64,000 nt of DNA from positions 2,016,001 to 2,080,000 of the forward strand of contig OZ218778.1 in the NCBI GenBank assembly GCA_965112635.1. The letters are read 5' to 3'. The position numbers were made by a program, and so were the translations under genes. This document shows, in pieces, positions 37,780 to 47,521 of this stretch (position 1 is the first letter of the stretch; each line of letters starts with the position of its first letter). The notes under the pieces are model-generated. The model did no database searches and was not told the DNA's origin. It was given only the letters and a program-made list of their open reading frames with translations. The stretch comes from an uncultured bacterium (GTDB lineage: Bacteria > Oederibacteriota > Oederibacteriia > Oederibacteriales > Oederibacteriaceae).

Positions 37780-38901
37780 ATGTTGAGACGGCATTCAAGC
37801 ATAATAAAAGTTATTCTTTTCTTGCTGGCTGTCGGAGTCATGGCTCAATCTGCCGACGCCGGTAATGTGCGTGTTCGCAACGCAGCCAGGATACAGGGGG
37901 TCAGAGAGAATCAACTTTTAGGCTACGGGCTTGTCGTGGGGCTGCAGTCCACGGGTGACCGTCCTACCAGTATATACAGCACCGGCAACGTCACGGTTCA
38001 GACCGTAGTCAACATGCTGCAAAAATTTGGTGTGGTCGTCGCTCCAGGCCAGATCAAGCCGAACAATGTGGCCGCCGTGATGGTTTCAGCGACCTTGCCT
38101 CCTTTTGTTAAATCAGGGGATAAAATTGATGTGACCGCATCCTCAGTCGGGGACGCCAGAAGCTTGCAGGGAGGCACTCTGTTGGAGACGCCGCTTTTGG
38201 GAGCAGACGGAAATGTCTATGCCGTGGCCCAGGGGAGCGTCTCCGTAGGCGGAGCGGAAACGCAGCCTGGTTTTATTTTCCAAAAACTACCCGTCAACGC
38301 GGGCCGTATCCCTGAGGGGGCTTTGGTAGAAAAAGAAGTCCCCACCAGCATCGTAGAAAGAGGGACCTATTTAAATATTATCCTCAACAGGCCGGATTTC
38401 ACCTCGGCGACAAATCTTACGGATGTTATCAATAAGCAGTTCTGGGGACCTATTGCCAGCGCCAAGGATGCTGCGACCATCAAGATCGAGATACCCTTGG
38501 ATTATCAAAAGAATATCGTCGAATTTATTGCGGCCTTGGAAGGGCTGGATTTCGATGAAGAGGAGGTTTCCAACAAAGTCGTTATTAATGAACGTACGGG
38601 AACCATTGTGATGGGCTTTGACGTACGGATCGACACGGTCGCTATTTCACACGGGAACCTTAGTGTTTATATCTCTCCAGCGCAAGCCATTGTCAATGGA
38701 GGCATTCCCGGCGAGACCGTTAAAGTTCCCAAGGGCGATGAGGGCAAGGGGAACTTGTTGGTCATCCCCGGGGAGGCCGTATCGCTTTCGGAAGTTGTCG
38801 GAGTTCTGAATAGCATTGGCGCAACTCCCAAAGAAATGATTGCTATTATTCAGGCTATCAAAGACGCTGGCGCGTTGCACGCGACATTAGAGATCATGTA
38901 A
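37780..38901 (+). CDS. flgI: P-ring protein
   Basis: GVRENQLLGYGLVVGL, NVAAVMV, AGALHA. Confidence 0.95.
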   Translation: MLRRHSSIIKVILFLLAVGVMAQSADAGNVRVRNAARIQGVRENQLLGYGLVVGLQSTGDRPTSIYSTGNVTVQTVVNMLQKFGVVVAPGQIKPNNVAAVMVSATLPPFVKSGDKIDVTASSVGDARSLQGGTLLETPLLGADGNVYAVAQGSVSVGGAETQPGFIFQKLPVNAGRIPEGALVEKEVPTSIVERGTYLNIILNRPDFTSATNLTDVINKQFWGPIASAKDAATIKIEIPLDYQKNIVEFIAALEGLDFDEEEVSNKVVINERTGTIVMGFDVRIDTVAISHGNLSVYISPAQAIVNGGIPGETVKVPKGDEGKGNLLVIPGEAVSLSEVVGVLNSIGATPKEMIAIIQAIKDAGALHATLEIM

Positions 38902-38928
38902 ACCCAATAAATTTGGGGAGGCCACTGC

Positions 38929-39273
38929 ATGGACGGCATAAACAAAATCTCTTTGAACGCAAGTTCTTACGGGATACAAAAAATGTACGGCGCTAATTCC
39001 TCATCGCGTCGTCAGGCTGAGTCTGTTTCTCCCGCCCAACAAAAACAATTGGACAAATTAAAGGAAACTGCTCAAGAGTTTGAGTCGCTTTTCCTGTCTT
39101 CGATTTTAAATAAAATGAGTGATGTTATTTTCAAATCGGACCTGACCGAGGAAAGCAACGCCACGACAATTTTCAGAGAGATGCGCAACCAGGAGTTGGC
39201 GCGGTCGATGTCTAAAGCCGGCGGAATAGGGCTGAGCAAAATCCTATACGACCAATTATCGAAAAATATATAA
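38929..39273 (+). CDS. flgJ: Rod-binding FlgJ-like protein (no muramidase domain)
   Basis: LKETAQEFESLFL...GGIGLSKILYDQL. Confidence 0.85.
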   Translation: MDGINKISLNASSYGIQKMYGANSSSRRQAESVSPAQQKQLDKLKETAQEFESLFLSSILNKMSDVIFKSDLTEESNATTIFREMRNQELARSMSKAGGIGLSKILYDQLSKNI

Positions 39274-39294
39274 AAGGAGTTATCGGGGGCCGTT

Positions 39295-39591
39295 ATGGCG
39301 ATGGTGAATTGTACCAAGTGCGGAAAATTATTTCTCCAAGCGGGGGACAAGCCCATTTGTCTCGAATGTTTGTCTCTCGCGGCCAAAGATTATAAAAAGG
39401 TTCATAGTTTTCTAAAACAACATCCGGGAGCCAGGGTGGATGAGGTGAGCGAGAAAACAGGCATCAGCGAAACAATGATCCTGGATTTTTTAAGGGAAGG
39501 CAGGCTTTCTTTGCGGGTAAGCAAGAGTTCCGTGTGCCAGTCATGCGGGGTGCCGATCGATAAAGGAAGTTATTGCGATAAGTGTTCCTAA
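39295..39591 (+). CDS. YvyF-like flagellar operon Zn-finger/HTH protein
   Basis: NCTKCGKLF...ICLEC...FLREGRL...CQSCG...CDKC. Confidence 0.82.
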   Translation: MAMVNCTKCGKLFLQAGDKPICLECLSLAAKDYKKVHSFLKQHPGARVDEVSEKTGISETMILDFLREGRLSLRVSKSSVCQSCGVPIDKGSYCDKCS

Positions 39592-39612
39592 TAAATTACT
39601 GGGGAAGATACA

Positions 39613-40128
39613 ATGCAAAACAAATTACTTAAAGACCTTTGGAGCGTATTGCAGGAGGAAATAAACGTTTATAAGGAGCTCTACAAGCTTTCCGAAGAGG
39701 AGAACCGCTTGTTGGTCAACAACGACCTGGAAGCTTTCCAAAAAGTCGTGCAAAAACAGGAGAAGCTGATTTTGGAGATCCATACGATGGACAACGTGAG
39801 GCAAAAAGTGGCTTCGACCATGACCAAAGAACTAGGGGATTCATCCAAGGCGGCCAACATCCCCGACCTTTTTGACAGCTTGGAAGAAGGTGACAAAGCG
39901 AAATTAAAGCAGTTGCAAGGGCAAGTCGTCCAATTAAAAGAAAAGCTTGATGCGATCAACAAGACCAATGGCGTGCTGATATCCAATGCCCTCCAATATT
40001 TGAAGTTTTCCCACAGGATCTCAGGCGGCAAGCCGGAGAAAAATCCCCAGGGAGAGGTTTATAGCGATCTGAAGGAACCGAAAAAAAAGACACCACGCAA
40101 ATCTTCGACGATTGATACGAAGATCTGA
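39613..40128 (+). CDS. flgN: Flagellar export chaperone
   Basis: Helical FlgN pattern (L...N..N..LI); precedes flgK. Confidence 0.8.
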   Translation: MQNKLLKDLWSVLQEEINVYKELYKLSEEENRLLVNNDLEAFQKVVQKQEKLILEIHTMDNVRQKVASTMTKELGDSSKAANIPDLFDSLEEGDKAKLKQLQGQVVQLKEKLDAINKTNGVLISNALQYLKFSHRISGGKPEKNPQGEVYSDLKEPKKKTPRKSSTIDTKI

Positions 40129-40146
40129 GAAAAGGAGGTCGTCACT

Positions 40147-42351
40147 ATGAATTTCAGCGGATTGGGTTTCAGTATCGCCAACAGCGCTTTTGGGGCCTTG
40201 TCACAAGCCCTGGATGTTTACGGAAATAATGTCGCCAATGCCAACACGCCGGGTTACAGCCAGGAGGTCGCAGACCTTTCCGAGGGGATACCGCTTGACG
40301 GGTCCGGCGTCGCAGCCGGGCAAATAGGGACAGGAGTCCGTCTGGTCAGTATTTCAAGAATGAGGGACGAGTATCTCGATCTGCAGACCTATTATCAAAA
40401 TATGATCCTGGGGCAGAACGAGTCTTTGAACGACGTTTATAACCAGTTGAAAGTGATATTCCCCGATGCGGTTTCCATGACCGCCACCGGTCTTTCCGCC
40501 GCGATGAGCCAATTTTTTACCGACTGGTCAGCTTTAGCCGCGGATCCCTCCAGCGGGACTTTGCGTTCCAATTTAATGAATGACGCAGTCAGCATGTCCT
40601 CTCTGTTCAATAGTACAGCCAAGCAGTTGGTTTCCGAGGTTACCACAGTAAATCAGCAAATTTCATCAGATATAAACCAGGTCAATAGCTATTTGACCCA
40701 AATTGCATCTCTGAATCAAAGTATTACGGTAGCCAGCGGTAATGGGCAGAATCCCAATCAATTGCTGGACCAGAGGAATCTCCTAATAACCAACCTTTCG
40801 GAGTTGATCAATTTTTCTACAGTTACGCTTTCCGACAATACCATTACTTTACAAATTAACGGTATCGCTTTGGTGCAGGGCGGAACTGCCAACCAATTAA
40901 GCGCCTGCGCCGATCCGAATAATCCGTCTTTTATTGATGTAGGATGGAGGCAGGGGTCGGCTAGTTCTACGCCGACCTATGATCTGACCAGCAAGATCAC
41001 CGGCGGGAAGATCGGGGGGCTCATCCAAAGCCGTACCAGCGTTTTGTTGCCTTTGCAGTCAGAACTAAACCAAATCGCGAGCAGTATGATAACCCAGGTC
41101 AACACTTATCATGAGGCCGGTTATAATACGACCGATGGGACAACCTATGGTATTGGGATAAATACTGAGATACCTTTTTTTGATGGAACCAATGCTCAGT
41201 CCATCTGCGTGAATCCAGCCATTCAGGATAACGTTTCTTTGATCGCGGCTAGCAAAGACCTCAATCCAGTTACCGGCGCTGTGGATGGCCAGAATGCAGA
41301 TCTTATTGCCGGGTTGCAAGATGTGCTTCTCAACAGCAATGAGCAGTCCGTGATCGCGATGAATTTTGGGAAGCCCGGCCGGATCGATCCGGCTATGCCT
41401 ATGAGTTGGGGGGTTACGACTGCGATCAATGGCGCAGGGACCAACCTCACCAATTTTTCTCTTGCTCCCAACCCCGCGGGAGGGACCCTTTCAGTGGACG
41501 GCGTTGCGGTGCCGTGGTTGGCCGGCCAATCTTTGAACACTATCATCAATAACATCAACCTTGCTTTGGGCGGCCAGGCGTTTGCCTGCTTTAATACCAC
41601 AACGCAAGAAGTCACTTTTACGGGCAGCCAGCAGGTAATCCTTCGCGATGTGTCAGGAAACTTGACCACAGTGTTCAGGGCGGCCTTGCAGCTCTACAGC
41701 GCCACTAATATCAACATTGAACCAGGGCCGAACCAGATGCGCGTGGACCCGGCCATGCCTATGAATATTAATCCATCTCCGGCCACGGACCCGGTGAATT
41801 TATTGGGTTATAATGAGATCAATTTCTTTGTCGCGCCCAGCCAGTTTGGGACGGTCAGTGTCAATAACAACCCCATCGCCTATACCGATGCCACACCTAT
41901 TAATACGATTGTCGGCGCTATCCAAGGTATCCCAGGATTCGGCACTTCCTTTTTTAATACTGCGACACAGCAGTTGGTTCTGCGCACATCGCCGGCACAG
42001 GGGATAAGCGTGGAAGATATTGGCGGAAACTTTAACGAGTTCATGCAAATGCCTCCGACAGGGGATTTCAGCGATGTTTATAACGACCTTATTTCCAAAG
42101 TCAGTGATGGGGCCACCGCTGTCACCAACAATCTTACGACAGCCAACGGGGCTTTGACCCAGATCCAGAACAACCAGGACAGCGTCGCCAAGGTGAATAT
42201 TGACCAGCAGGACGCGATCATTGACCAACTGGGCAAAACCGCTGAAGCGGTTTTACGTTATGAAGAGACCCTTAATGAATTGCTCAATGTCTTGATAAAC
42301 GGTATGGGGTCAAACAATAATAATAATCCATCTTCTTCCTCTCCAGCATAG
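40147..42351 (+). CDS. flgK: Hook-associated protein 1, divergent
   Basis: GNNVANANTPGYSQ, QIGTGV, NQLLDQR, GGKIGGL. Confidence 0.88.
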   Translation: MNFSGLGFSIANSAFGALSQALDVYGNNVANANTPGYSQEVADLSEGIPLDGSGVAAGQIGTGVRLVSISRMRDEYLDLQTYYQNMILGQNESLNDVYNQLKVIFPDAVSMTATGLSAAMSQFFTDWSALAADPSSGTLRSNLMNDAVSMSSLFNSTAKQLVSEVTTVNQQISSDINQVNSYLTQIASLNQSITVASGNGQNPNQLLDQRNLLITNLSELINFSTVTLSDNTITLQINGIALVQGGTANQLSACADPNNPSFIDVGWRQGSASSTPTYDLTSKITGGKIGGLIQSRTSVLLPLQSELNQIASSMITQVNTYHEAGYNTTDGTTYGIGINTEIPFFDGTNAQSICVNPAIQDNVSLIAASKDLNPVTGAVDGQNADLIAGLQDVLLNSNEQSVIAMNFGKPGRIDPAMPMSWGVTTAINGAGTNLTNFSLAPNPAGGTLSVDGVAVPWLAGQSLNTIINNINLALGGQAFACFNTTTQEVTFTGSQQVILRDVSGNLTTVFRAALQLYSATNINIEPGPNQMRVDPAMPMNINPSPATDPVNLLGYNEINFFVAPSQFGTVSVNNNPIAYTDATPINTIVGAIQGIPGFGTSFFNTATQQLVLRTSPAQGISVEDIGGNFNEFMQMPPTGDFSDVYNDLISKVSDGATAVTNNLTTANGALTQIQNNQDSVAKVNIDQQDAIIDQLGKTAEAVLRYEETLNELLNVLINGMGSNNNNNPSSSSPA

Positions 42352-42453
42352 GATAAGGCGTAAAGCAGGTTTTTCGTCCTTTTGAGGGGTTTTTTGTTGC
42401 CAGAAAAGAAAAAAGGACGCCCCACCAGGTGTCATATTTTATTCCTAGATTTA

Positions 42454-42481
42454 GGAACTTTTGTTTAAGTATTGCGTCTAA
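42454..42481 (+). promoter_or_regulatory. ECF (sigmaE/AlgU-like) promoter
   Basis: GGAACTT-16-TCTAA, 42 nt upstream of the next gene. Confidence 0.55.
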
Positions 42482-42523
42482 TATATAATAGAAGTAAGGG
42501 AAAAGTTAGAGGAGGGGCGCGAG

Positions 42524-44338
42524 GTGAAAAATTTACTTAAAAAGCGTATTTTGGTCCTGGGGTTTGTTTTGACTTTTGGCTGGTCATCCTCTGTTTGGGC
42601 TGCGGATTGGCCGATTTTTCATTTTGACGGCAGTTCCGGTTTTACCACGGACAGTATTGGGGCGCAGAATCTGGAGAGGTGGAATCATCCTTGTCCCAAT
42701 GCACCCACTTCATGCGTAGTGATTAATGGTTTCACCTATTACACCACCCAAGCAGGAGTTTATAAACTGGACAGCACCGGAGCTCTATCCTCCACTTGGC
42801 CGATAAATCCGGTCAATCCTTCCAGTCTTTCCACAACCTACTACACGATGCCGGCTTACTGGAATAGCGTGATCTATGTCGGGGCCTGGGACCCTACCCA
42901 ATCCAGTAAGAACGGCGTTTATGCGATCAAAACTGCTGATGGCTCTGCGTATTGGACCAATCCGCCGACCTGTCCTGGTTACTGCAACTACAATACCTCC
43001 CAGATCAATACCTACGCGGCTCCCATAGTCGGAAATGCCGGAGCGGTGGAGGCTGTTTTTGTGGGGGATACTGGCGGTAATATTTACGCTTTTGACACGA
43101 CCAAAACAATCCCTACCGCTCTCTGGAGCCACAACCTGGGAACCATGGGACTTTATTCCACTCCGGCTTATTGGACAGATGGAACAGATGCCTGGGTCTA
43201 TTTTGCAATGGTTGCCAGTAACCCCATCAATAGCAAGATATACAAAGTTTTTGCGTCCAGCGGTTTTTGGTTTGGCCCGCCCTTCGGTGTTCATTCCAAT
43301 CCCTGGGCTTGGCCGGCGGTAGGGACCGTAGAAGGTTTTTATTCCTCGCCGGCTGTGGACAGCAGCGGCAATGTATATGTTGGATGCGATAACGATAATG
43401 TCTATTCTATATCTTTGACCGAGACGATGAATTGGACCTTTACGGCTGGGGATGTCGTAAGATCGAGCCCTGCAGTAGCCACGCTGGGCGGGACTCACTA
43501 TGTTTTTGTGGGTTCCAACGACGGCAATCTCTATGCGCTCAATGCGAATACTGGAGCGCAGATATGGAATTATCAGGTGGGAGTCCCTGGTTACGCCGCA
43601 TTGGGTGCTCCGGCAATCAGCCGGGATGGCCTGGTTTATTTTGGCAGCGGGAGTCTCTCGGCTAATATGTATATTTTTCAGGGCAATCCACTTCCATCCA
43701 CTACGCCTCAAGTGGTAGCCACGGTAGGCCCGTGGGGTGTTAACAGCATATTATCCCCAGCACTCAGCGATACAACCGCAGGCGGCGGATTTCCTGCCGC
43801 TTATGTTGCCGCGGATAAAATCTATTGCTTGGGACCGACCTATACTTTGACCCAGTCGGCTACGCCTACGGTGACTGGGACGCCCGGCCCGCCTAGCACT
43901 TCAACGCCAACTTTGACGCCCTTGACTCCGTTTAATACTCCCACTATTACCGTAACATTCACCTGCACTTTGACTCCCACAATTACCACGACGGCCACTG
44001 CCACTCAGACAACTACCATGACCCCCACCATCAGCCCCACTAGTACTCTTACCCTGACATTGACGCCGCCCCCGTATATCATCGTATATCCCAATCCGAT
44101 GAATTTCAGCCAATATAAAGGGGTTAAGATCATCGGAACGCCTATTCTTGGCGCCGATATTGCCATCTATACTATTTCAGGAGAAACAGTGAGAAAGGTT
44201 TCCAAAAATACAGCTTACCCATTTATTTGGGACGGTAATAATGACGACGGTGTACCTGTGGTCACGGGCCTTTATCTCTATATCATCAACACCGCTGACG
44301 GCAATAGCATCAAAGGCAAGTTAGCCATCATTCGTTAA
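42524..44338 (+). CDS. Secreted PQQ-like beta-propeller with Thr/Pro linker and T9SS-like/FlgD-Ig C-terminal domain
   Basis: Signal peptide, SSPAV...VYVG repeats, TPT tract, VYPNP...IYTISGETV...WDG...GLYLY...KLAIIR. Confidence 0.85.
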   Translation: MKNLLKKRILVLGFVLTFGWSSSVWAADWPIFHFDGSSGFTTDSIGAQNLERWNHPCPNAPTSCVVINGFTYYTTQAGVYKLDSTGALSSTWPINPVNPSSLSTTYYTMPAYWNSVIYVGAWDPTQSSKNGVYAIKTADGSAYWTNPPTCPGYCNYNTSQINTYAAPIVGNAGAVEAVFVGDTGGNIYAFDTTKTIPTALWSHNLGTMGLYSTPAYWTDGTDAWVYFAMVASNPINSKIYKVFASSGFWFGPPFGVHSNPWAWPAVGTVEGFYSSPAVDSSGNVYVGCDNDNVYSISLTETMNWTFTAGDVVRSSPAVATLGGTHYVFVGSNDGNLYALNANTGAQIWNYQVGVPGYAALGAPAISRDGLVYFGSGSLSANMYIFQGNPLPSTTPQVVATVGPWGVNSILSPALSDTTAGGGFPAAYVAADKIYCLGPTYTLTQSATPTVTGTPGPPSTSTPTLTPLTPFNTPTITVTFTCTLTPTITTTATATQTTTMTPTISPTSTLTLTLTPPPYIIVYPNPMNFSQYKGVKIIGTPILGADIAIYTISGETVRKVSKNTAYPFIWDGNNDDGVPVVTGLYLYIINTADGNSIKGKLAIIR

Positions 44339-44353
44339 CCTGGGGGAATCTGT

Positions 44354-45469
44354 TTGAAAATTTTATTGTGGCCGGCAACAATATCCCGTCCTAAGGCCGA
44401 GCCCCAAAACCATAGAGGTGTTTTAGTCGGCAGTGCCGCAATGAACCCAGCCACAATCCCCGATATCAAACCTTGTCCACGGTGGACATCACGACTGCTT
44501 CTGGGAATAGCAGTTTTATTGGTATTCCCGGCTTTAAACGCTCAGAAGGCCATGGCTCAAGAGTCTCGTGGGGGGACAACGGCCGCCAATTTTCTGAAGA
44601 TAGGTGTGGGGGCCAGGCCGCTGGGCATGGGCGGAGCCTACGTGGCTATTGCCGATGACTCGAGCAGCGCTTACTGGAACCCGGCGGGATTAGCCAATAT
44701 GGACGCTCAAGTCATCCAATTGGAGCACGCGGAATGGTATGAAGGCATACAATATGAATATTTTGTCGTTGCCCAGCCCGCAGAGTCCTTCGGCCTTCCT
44801 ATTTGGGGCGCTATGGCCTTCTCTTGGTATTATTTGCACATGGGTGATATCCAGCGGACCTTAGAAGACAATATGAGCGGCGACGTGGTCATTCCAGGCG
44901 GCTCCTATTCCGCGGCAGACAGTATTCTTGCCATTTCGTACGGGGGCCAGCTGACCAATTTCCAGGCTTTTGGCATTGGTCTGAAATTCCTGAATCAAAA
45001 GCTGGATTATCTAAATAATAGCGGGATGGCATTTGATTTTGGGATCCAAAGCGCGGCGCCATTAAAAAATTTAAAGATAGGCCTGACCCTGTCCAATATG
45101 GGCCAGGATTTTATGGGCAGCCCGTTACCCACTACATTTAAAATGGGTGTTAATTATAAACTTGCCGGGAGGGGATTCCCCGGCGAATGGAACAACGAGA
45201 TAGACGGGTTGCTGCCGCTGATCAATAGCGATCAAATACCCCAGGCCCTTTTTGGCTCGGAATATGCCATCAACATGAGCACTCAAAAATATTCGTTCCG
45301 GGTCGGGTATGACACGGGTAGAGAGATTGGAACTGCTTTTACAGGGCTTTCCCTTGGCCTAGGATACCTTATCCGATTGGGAAGGTTGGACCTGGGAATA
45401 GATTACGCCTATCTATTTCAGGGAGACTTTGGCGCGACCCACCACTTTACTCTCAATTTAACTTTTTAA
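44354..45469 (+). CDS. PorV/PorQ-family beta-barrel protein
   Basis: FLKIGVGARPLGMGGAYVAIADD...YWNPAGL; C-terminal DYAY...THHFTLNLTF; true start probably downstream. Confidence 0.85.
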   Translation: MKILLWPATISRPKAEPQNHRGVLVGSAAMNPATIPDIKPCPRWTSRLLLGIAVLLVFPALNAQKAMAQESRGGTTAANFLKIGVGARPLGMGGAYVAIADDSSSAYWNPAGLANMDAQVIQLEHAEWYEGIQYEYFVVAQPAESFGLPIWGAMAFSWYYLHMGDIQRTLEDNMSGDVVIPGGSYSAADSILAISYGGQLTNFQAFGIGLKFLNQKLDYLNNSGMAFDFGIQSAAPLKNLKIGLTLSNMGQDFMGSPLPTTFKMGVNYKLAGRGFPGEWNNEIDGLLPLINSDQIPQALFGSEYAINMSTQKYSFRVGYDTGREIGTAFTGLSLGLGYLIRLGRLDLGIDYAYLFQGDFGATHHFTLNLTF

Positions 45470-45588
45470 TTTTCCAGTCAAATTATCTTTAGAAAGTTGT
45501 TGACAAAAAAAGAAGTTAAACTAATGTATGGGTAAGATATTTCTTATGTTTTGGTTTCATGAAGGTTTTGTTAAGATGATTTTCGATT

Positions 45589-46056
45589 TTGCAGGGAGAA
45601 GATATTTTGAACCAAGAACTCATTACCCGCAGCGTTGAAAACCTTTATAATAACTTCCAAAAAGAAATTGTTTTGTATGAAGAAGTATTCCAACTCACTC
45701 AACAGGAACATAAAAGCATAGTCAACGGCGCCCTGGATGAAACGCTAAAATATGTTAATGAAAAGCAGGATATCCTCAATAAAATAGAACTTATTGAAGA
45801 GGAACAAAAGGATCTAAAGAAGATTTGGGTCCAATCGCGCTACAAAGTCACAGAGGAGATCAGGAAAAAAATAAGGGAAAGCCTGGCGGTATTAGGGAGA
45901 CTCCTGGAAGACTTGATTAATTTGGAAAAACAAAATGAAAGAACATTGTCAGATCAGATCGGAATGTTCAGCGTTTTAAAAAGTGACAATAAGATAGCCC
46001 CTAAAAATGCCGCGGATGCCTATAAAAAGAACGACGACTCGCCGATAAAAAGCTGA
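45589..46056 (+). CDS. FlgN/FliT-like helical protein
   Basis: Helical pattern similar to 39613-40128; C-terminal AY. Confidence 0.6.
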   Translation: MQGEDILNQELITRSVENLYNNFQKEIVLYEEVFQLTQQEHKSIVNGALDETLKYVNEKQDILNKIELIEEEQKDLKKIWVQSRYKVTEEIRKKIRESLAVLGRLLEDLINLEKQNERTLSDQIGMFSVLKSDNKIAPKNAADAYKKNDDSPIKS

Positions 46057-46153
46057 ATTAAAATTTTCAATTTCAATCTCCAATTTATTCCGAATATAAA
46101 TTTTTTCTTAATATTATCTCTGTTATTGTTAAATTTAGTGTAAGGCTTCCGCC

Positions 46154-46181
46154 TTGACACTTGTTGCCTGTCTGTTATAAT
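46154..46181 (+). promoter_or_regulatory. Sigma70 promoter of the flgB operon
   Basis: TTGACA-16-TATAAT with TG extension. Confidence 0.8.
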
Positions 46182-46250
46182 TTGGCTCAAATCATTTTTT
46201 AGATGGTTTTTTCAGTTTTTTTATTAAAAATTCAGGGAAATGTGTGGAAA

Positions 46251-46670
46251 ATGGTTGAAAAAATATTTTCTGGTGAAGCATTAACGATCCTACGAAAAGC
46301 CTTGGATGCCGCTTCATTAAGACATCAGGTTTTGTCAGATAATATTGCCAATGTTAATACGCCTGGATTTAAGCGTTCGGATGTAGTATTTCAACAGGAA
46401 TTGAAAGCTGCACTTTCCGCCAACGAAGGGGTATTGCCTTTAAATACAACTGACCCTAAACATATTCAATTTCCAGAAGAAATTCAGCTTGATAAAGTTA
46501 GCCCGAAAATCATTCTGCAAAACGACACAATTTCCCGTAACGATCTCAATAATGTCGATATTGATACCGAAATGGCGAAGTTGGCAGAGAACACTATCTA
46601 TTATAATTCCCTGGCGCAAATGACTTCATTGAAACTGACGAGTTTAAGGTCTGTCCTCAACAACCAATAG
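46251..46670 (+). CDS. flgB: Proximal rod protein
   Basis: NIANVNTPGFK, NNVDIDTEM. Confidence 0.95.
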   Translation: MVEKIFSGEALTILRKALDAASLRHQVLSDNIANVNTPGFKRSDVVFQQELKAALSANEGVLPLNTTDPKHIQFPEEIQLDKVSPKIILQNDTISRNDLNNVDIDTEMAKLAENTIYYNSLAQMTSLKLTSLRSVLNNQ

Positions 46671-46689
46671 CAATAGATGGAGGGGTTAA

Positions 46690-47136
46690 GTGAGTTTTTT
46701 TAACTCATTAGCGATTAGTGCTTCTGGGTTGTCAGCGGAGCGCTTGAGGATGGACGTTATTGCCAACAATCTGGCTAATGTGAATACCACGCGTACCCTT
46801 GAAGGCGGCCCCTATAGAAGGCAGAGGGTTGTTTTCGCCCCTAGGACTCCCAGACCCCCGTTTTTTGTTCCTTCGTCACCAGCTCCCGAGGTGAATTTTT
46901 CAGGTACTGGCGTCAAGGTCGTGGGTATTGTCCCGGATCCCAGTCAACCAAAGCGGGTCTATGATCCCAACCATCCAGATGCGAACGCTGAAGGTTATGT
47001 TTTAATGCCCAATGTGAATACTGTAACGGAAATGGTAGATATGATCTCGGCCTCTAGGGCTTATGAGGCCAATGTGACCGCCATCAATTCAGCGAAGAGT
47101 ATGGCAAATGCAGCTTTGCAGATAGGGAAAGCTTAA
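46690..47136 (+). CDS. flgC: Proximal rod protein
   Basis: GGPYRR, YDPNHPDA, PNVN. Confidence 0.96.
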   Translation: MSFFNSLAISASGLSAERLRMDVIANNLANVNTTRTLEGGPYRRQRVVFAPRTPRPPFFVPSSPAPEVNFSGTGVKVVGIVPDPSQPKRVYDPNHPDANAEGYVLMPNVNTVTEMVDMISASRAYEANVTAINSAKSMANAALQIGKA

Positions 47137-47179
47137 TTAATTTCAAAAAATGATTTTGATGTTCTAGGGAGGTAGTTCA

Positions 47180-47485
47180 ATGGACATTAGTCCCATAAAC
47201 GGCAACGAGCTATTGCCAGAGATGACGCCGATCAAAAATACGAATTTGGTTCCTGAAAATAAGGCTGTGAATTTCAAAGATCTGTTGGATACCGCCATGA
47301 GCCAAGTCAATGATTTGCAATTAAAGTCCGATCAGGCCATAAAGGCGTTTGCCACTGGTGAACCGATTGAATTGCACGATGTTATGATTTCCATGGAAAA
47401 AGCGAATCTTGCTTTGCAGCTAACTGTTCAGGTCAGGAATAGACTGGTCGAAGCATATCAACAGCTCAACCAAATGCAGGTTTAA
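47180..47485 (+). CDS. fliE: Hook-basal body protein
   Basis: LHDVMISMEKA...VRNRLVEAYQ. Confidence 0.95.
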   Translation: MDISPINGNELLPEMTPIKNTNLVPENKAVNFKDLLDTAMSQVNDLQLKSDQAIKAFATGEPIELHDVMISMEKANLALQLTVQVRNRLVEAYQQLNQMQV

Positions 47486-47521
47486 TAAAATAAGCAATCC
47501 TTTAAGGTGCTTTCATAAAAA

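Noticed and set aside
42381-42397. TTGAGGGGTTTTTTG resembling the T7 terminator tail (vector contamination)
   Set aside because: The 5' arm of the T7 hairpin is absent; likely a chance match
42785-43711. 308-aa antisense ORF and other minus-strand ORFs in the track
   Set aside because: Shadows of well-supported plus-strand genes, with no motifs or RBS
43850-44075. Tandem DNA repeat or DGR-like region
   Set aside because: Explained by the Thr/Pro linker codons; no exact nucleotide periodicity
46023-46048. Sigma28 promoter TAAA...GCCGATAA
   Set aside because: The spacer is 14 rather than 15, it lies inside a coding region, and a good sigma70 promoter lies closer to flgB
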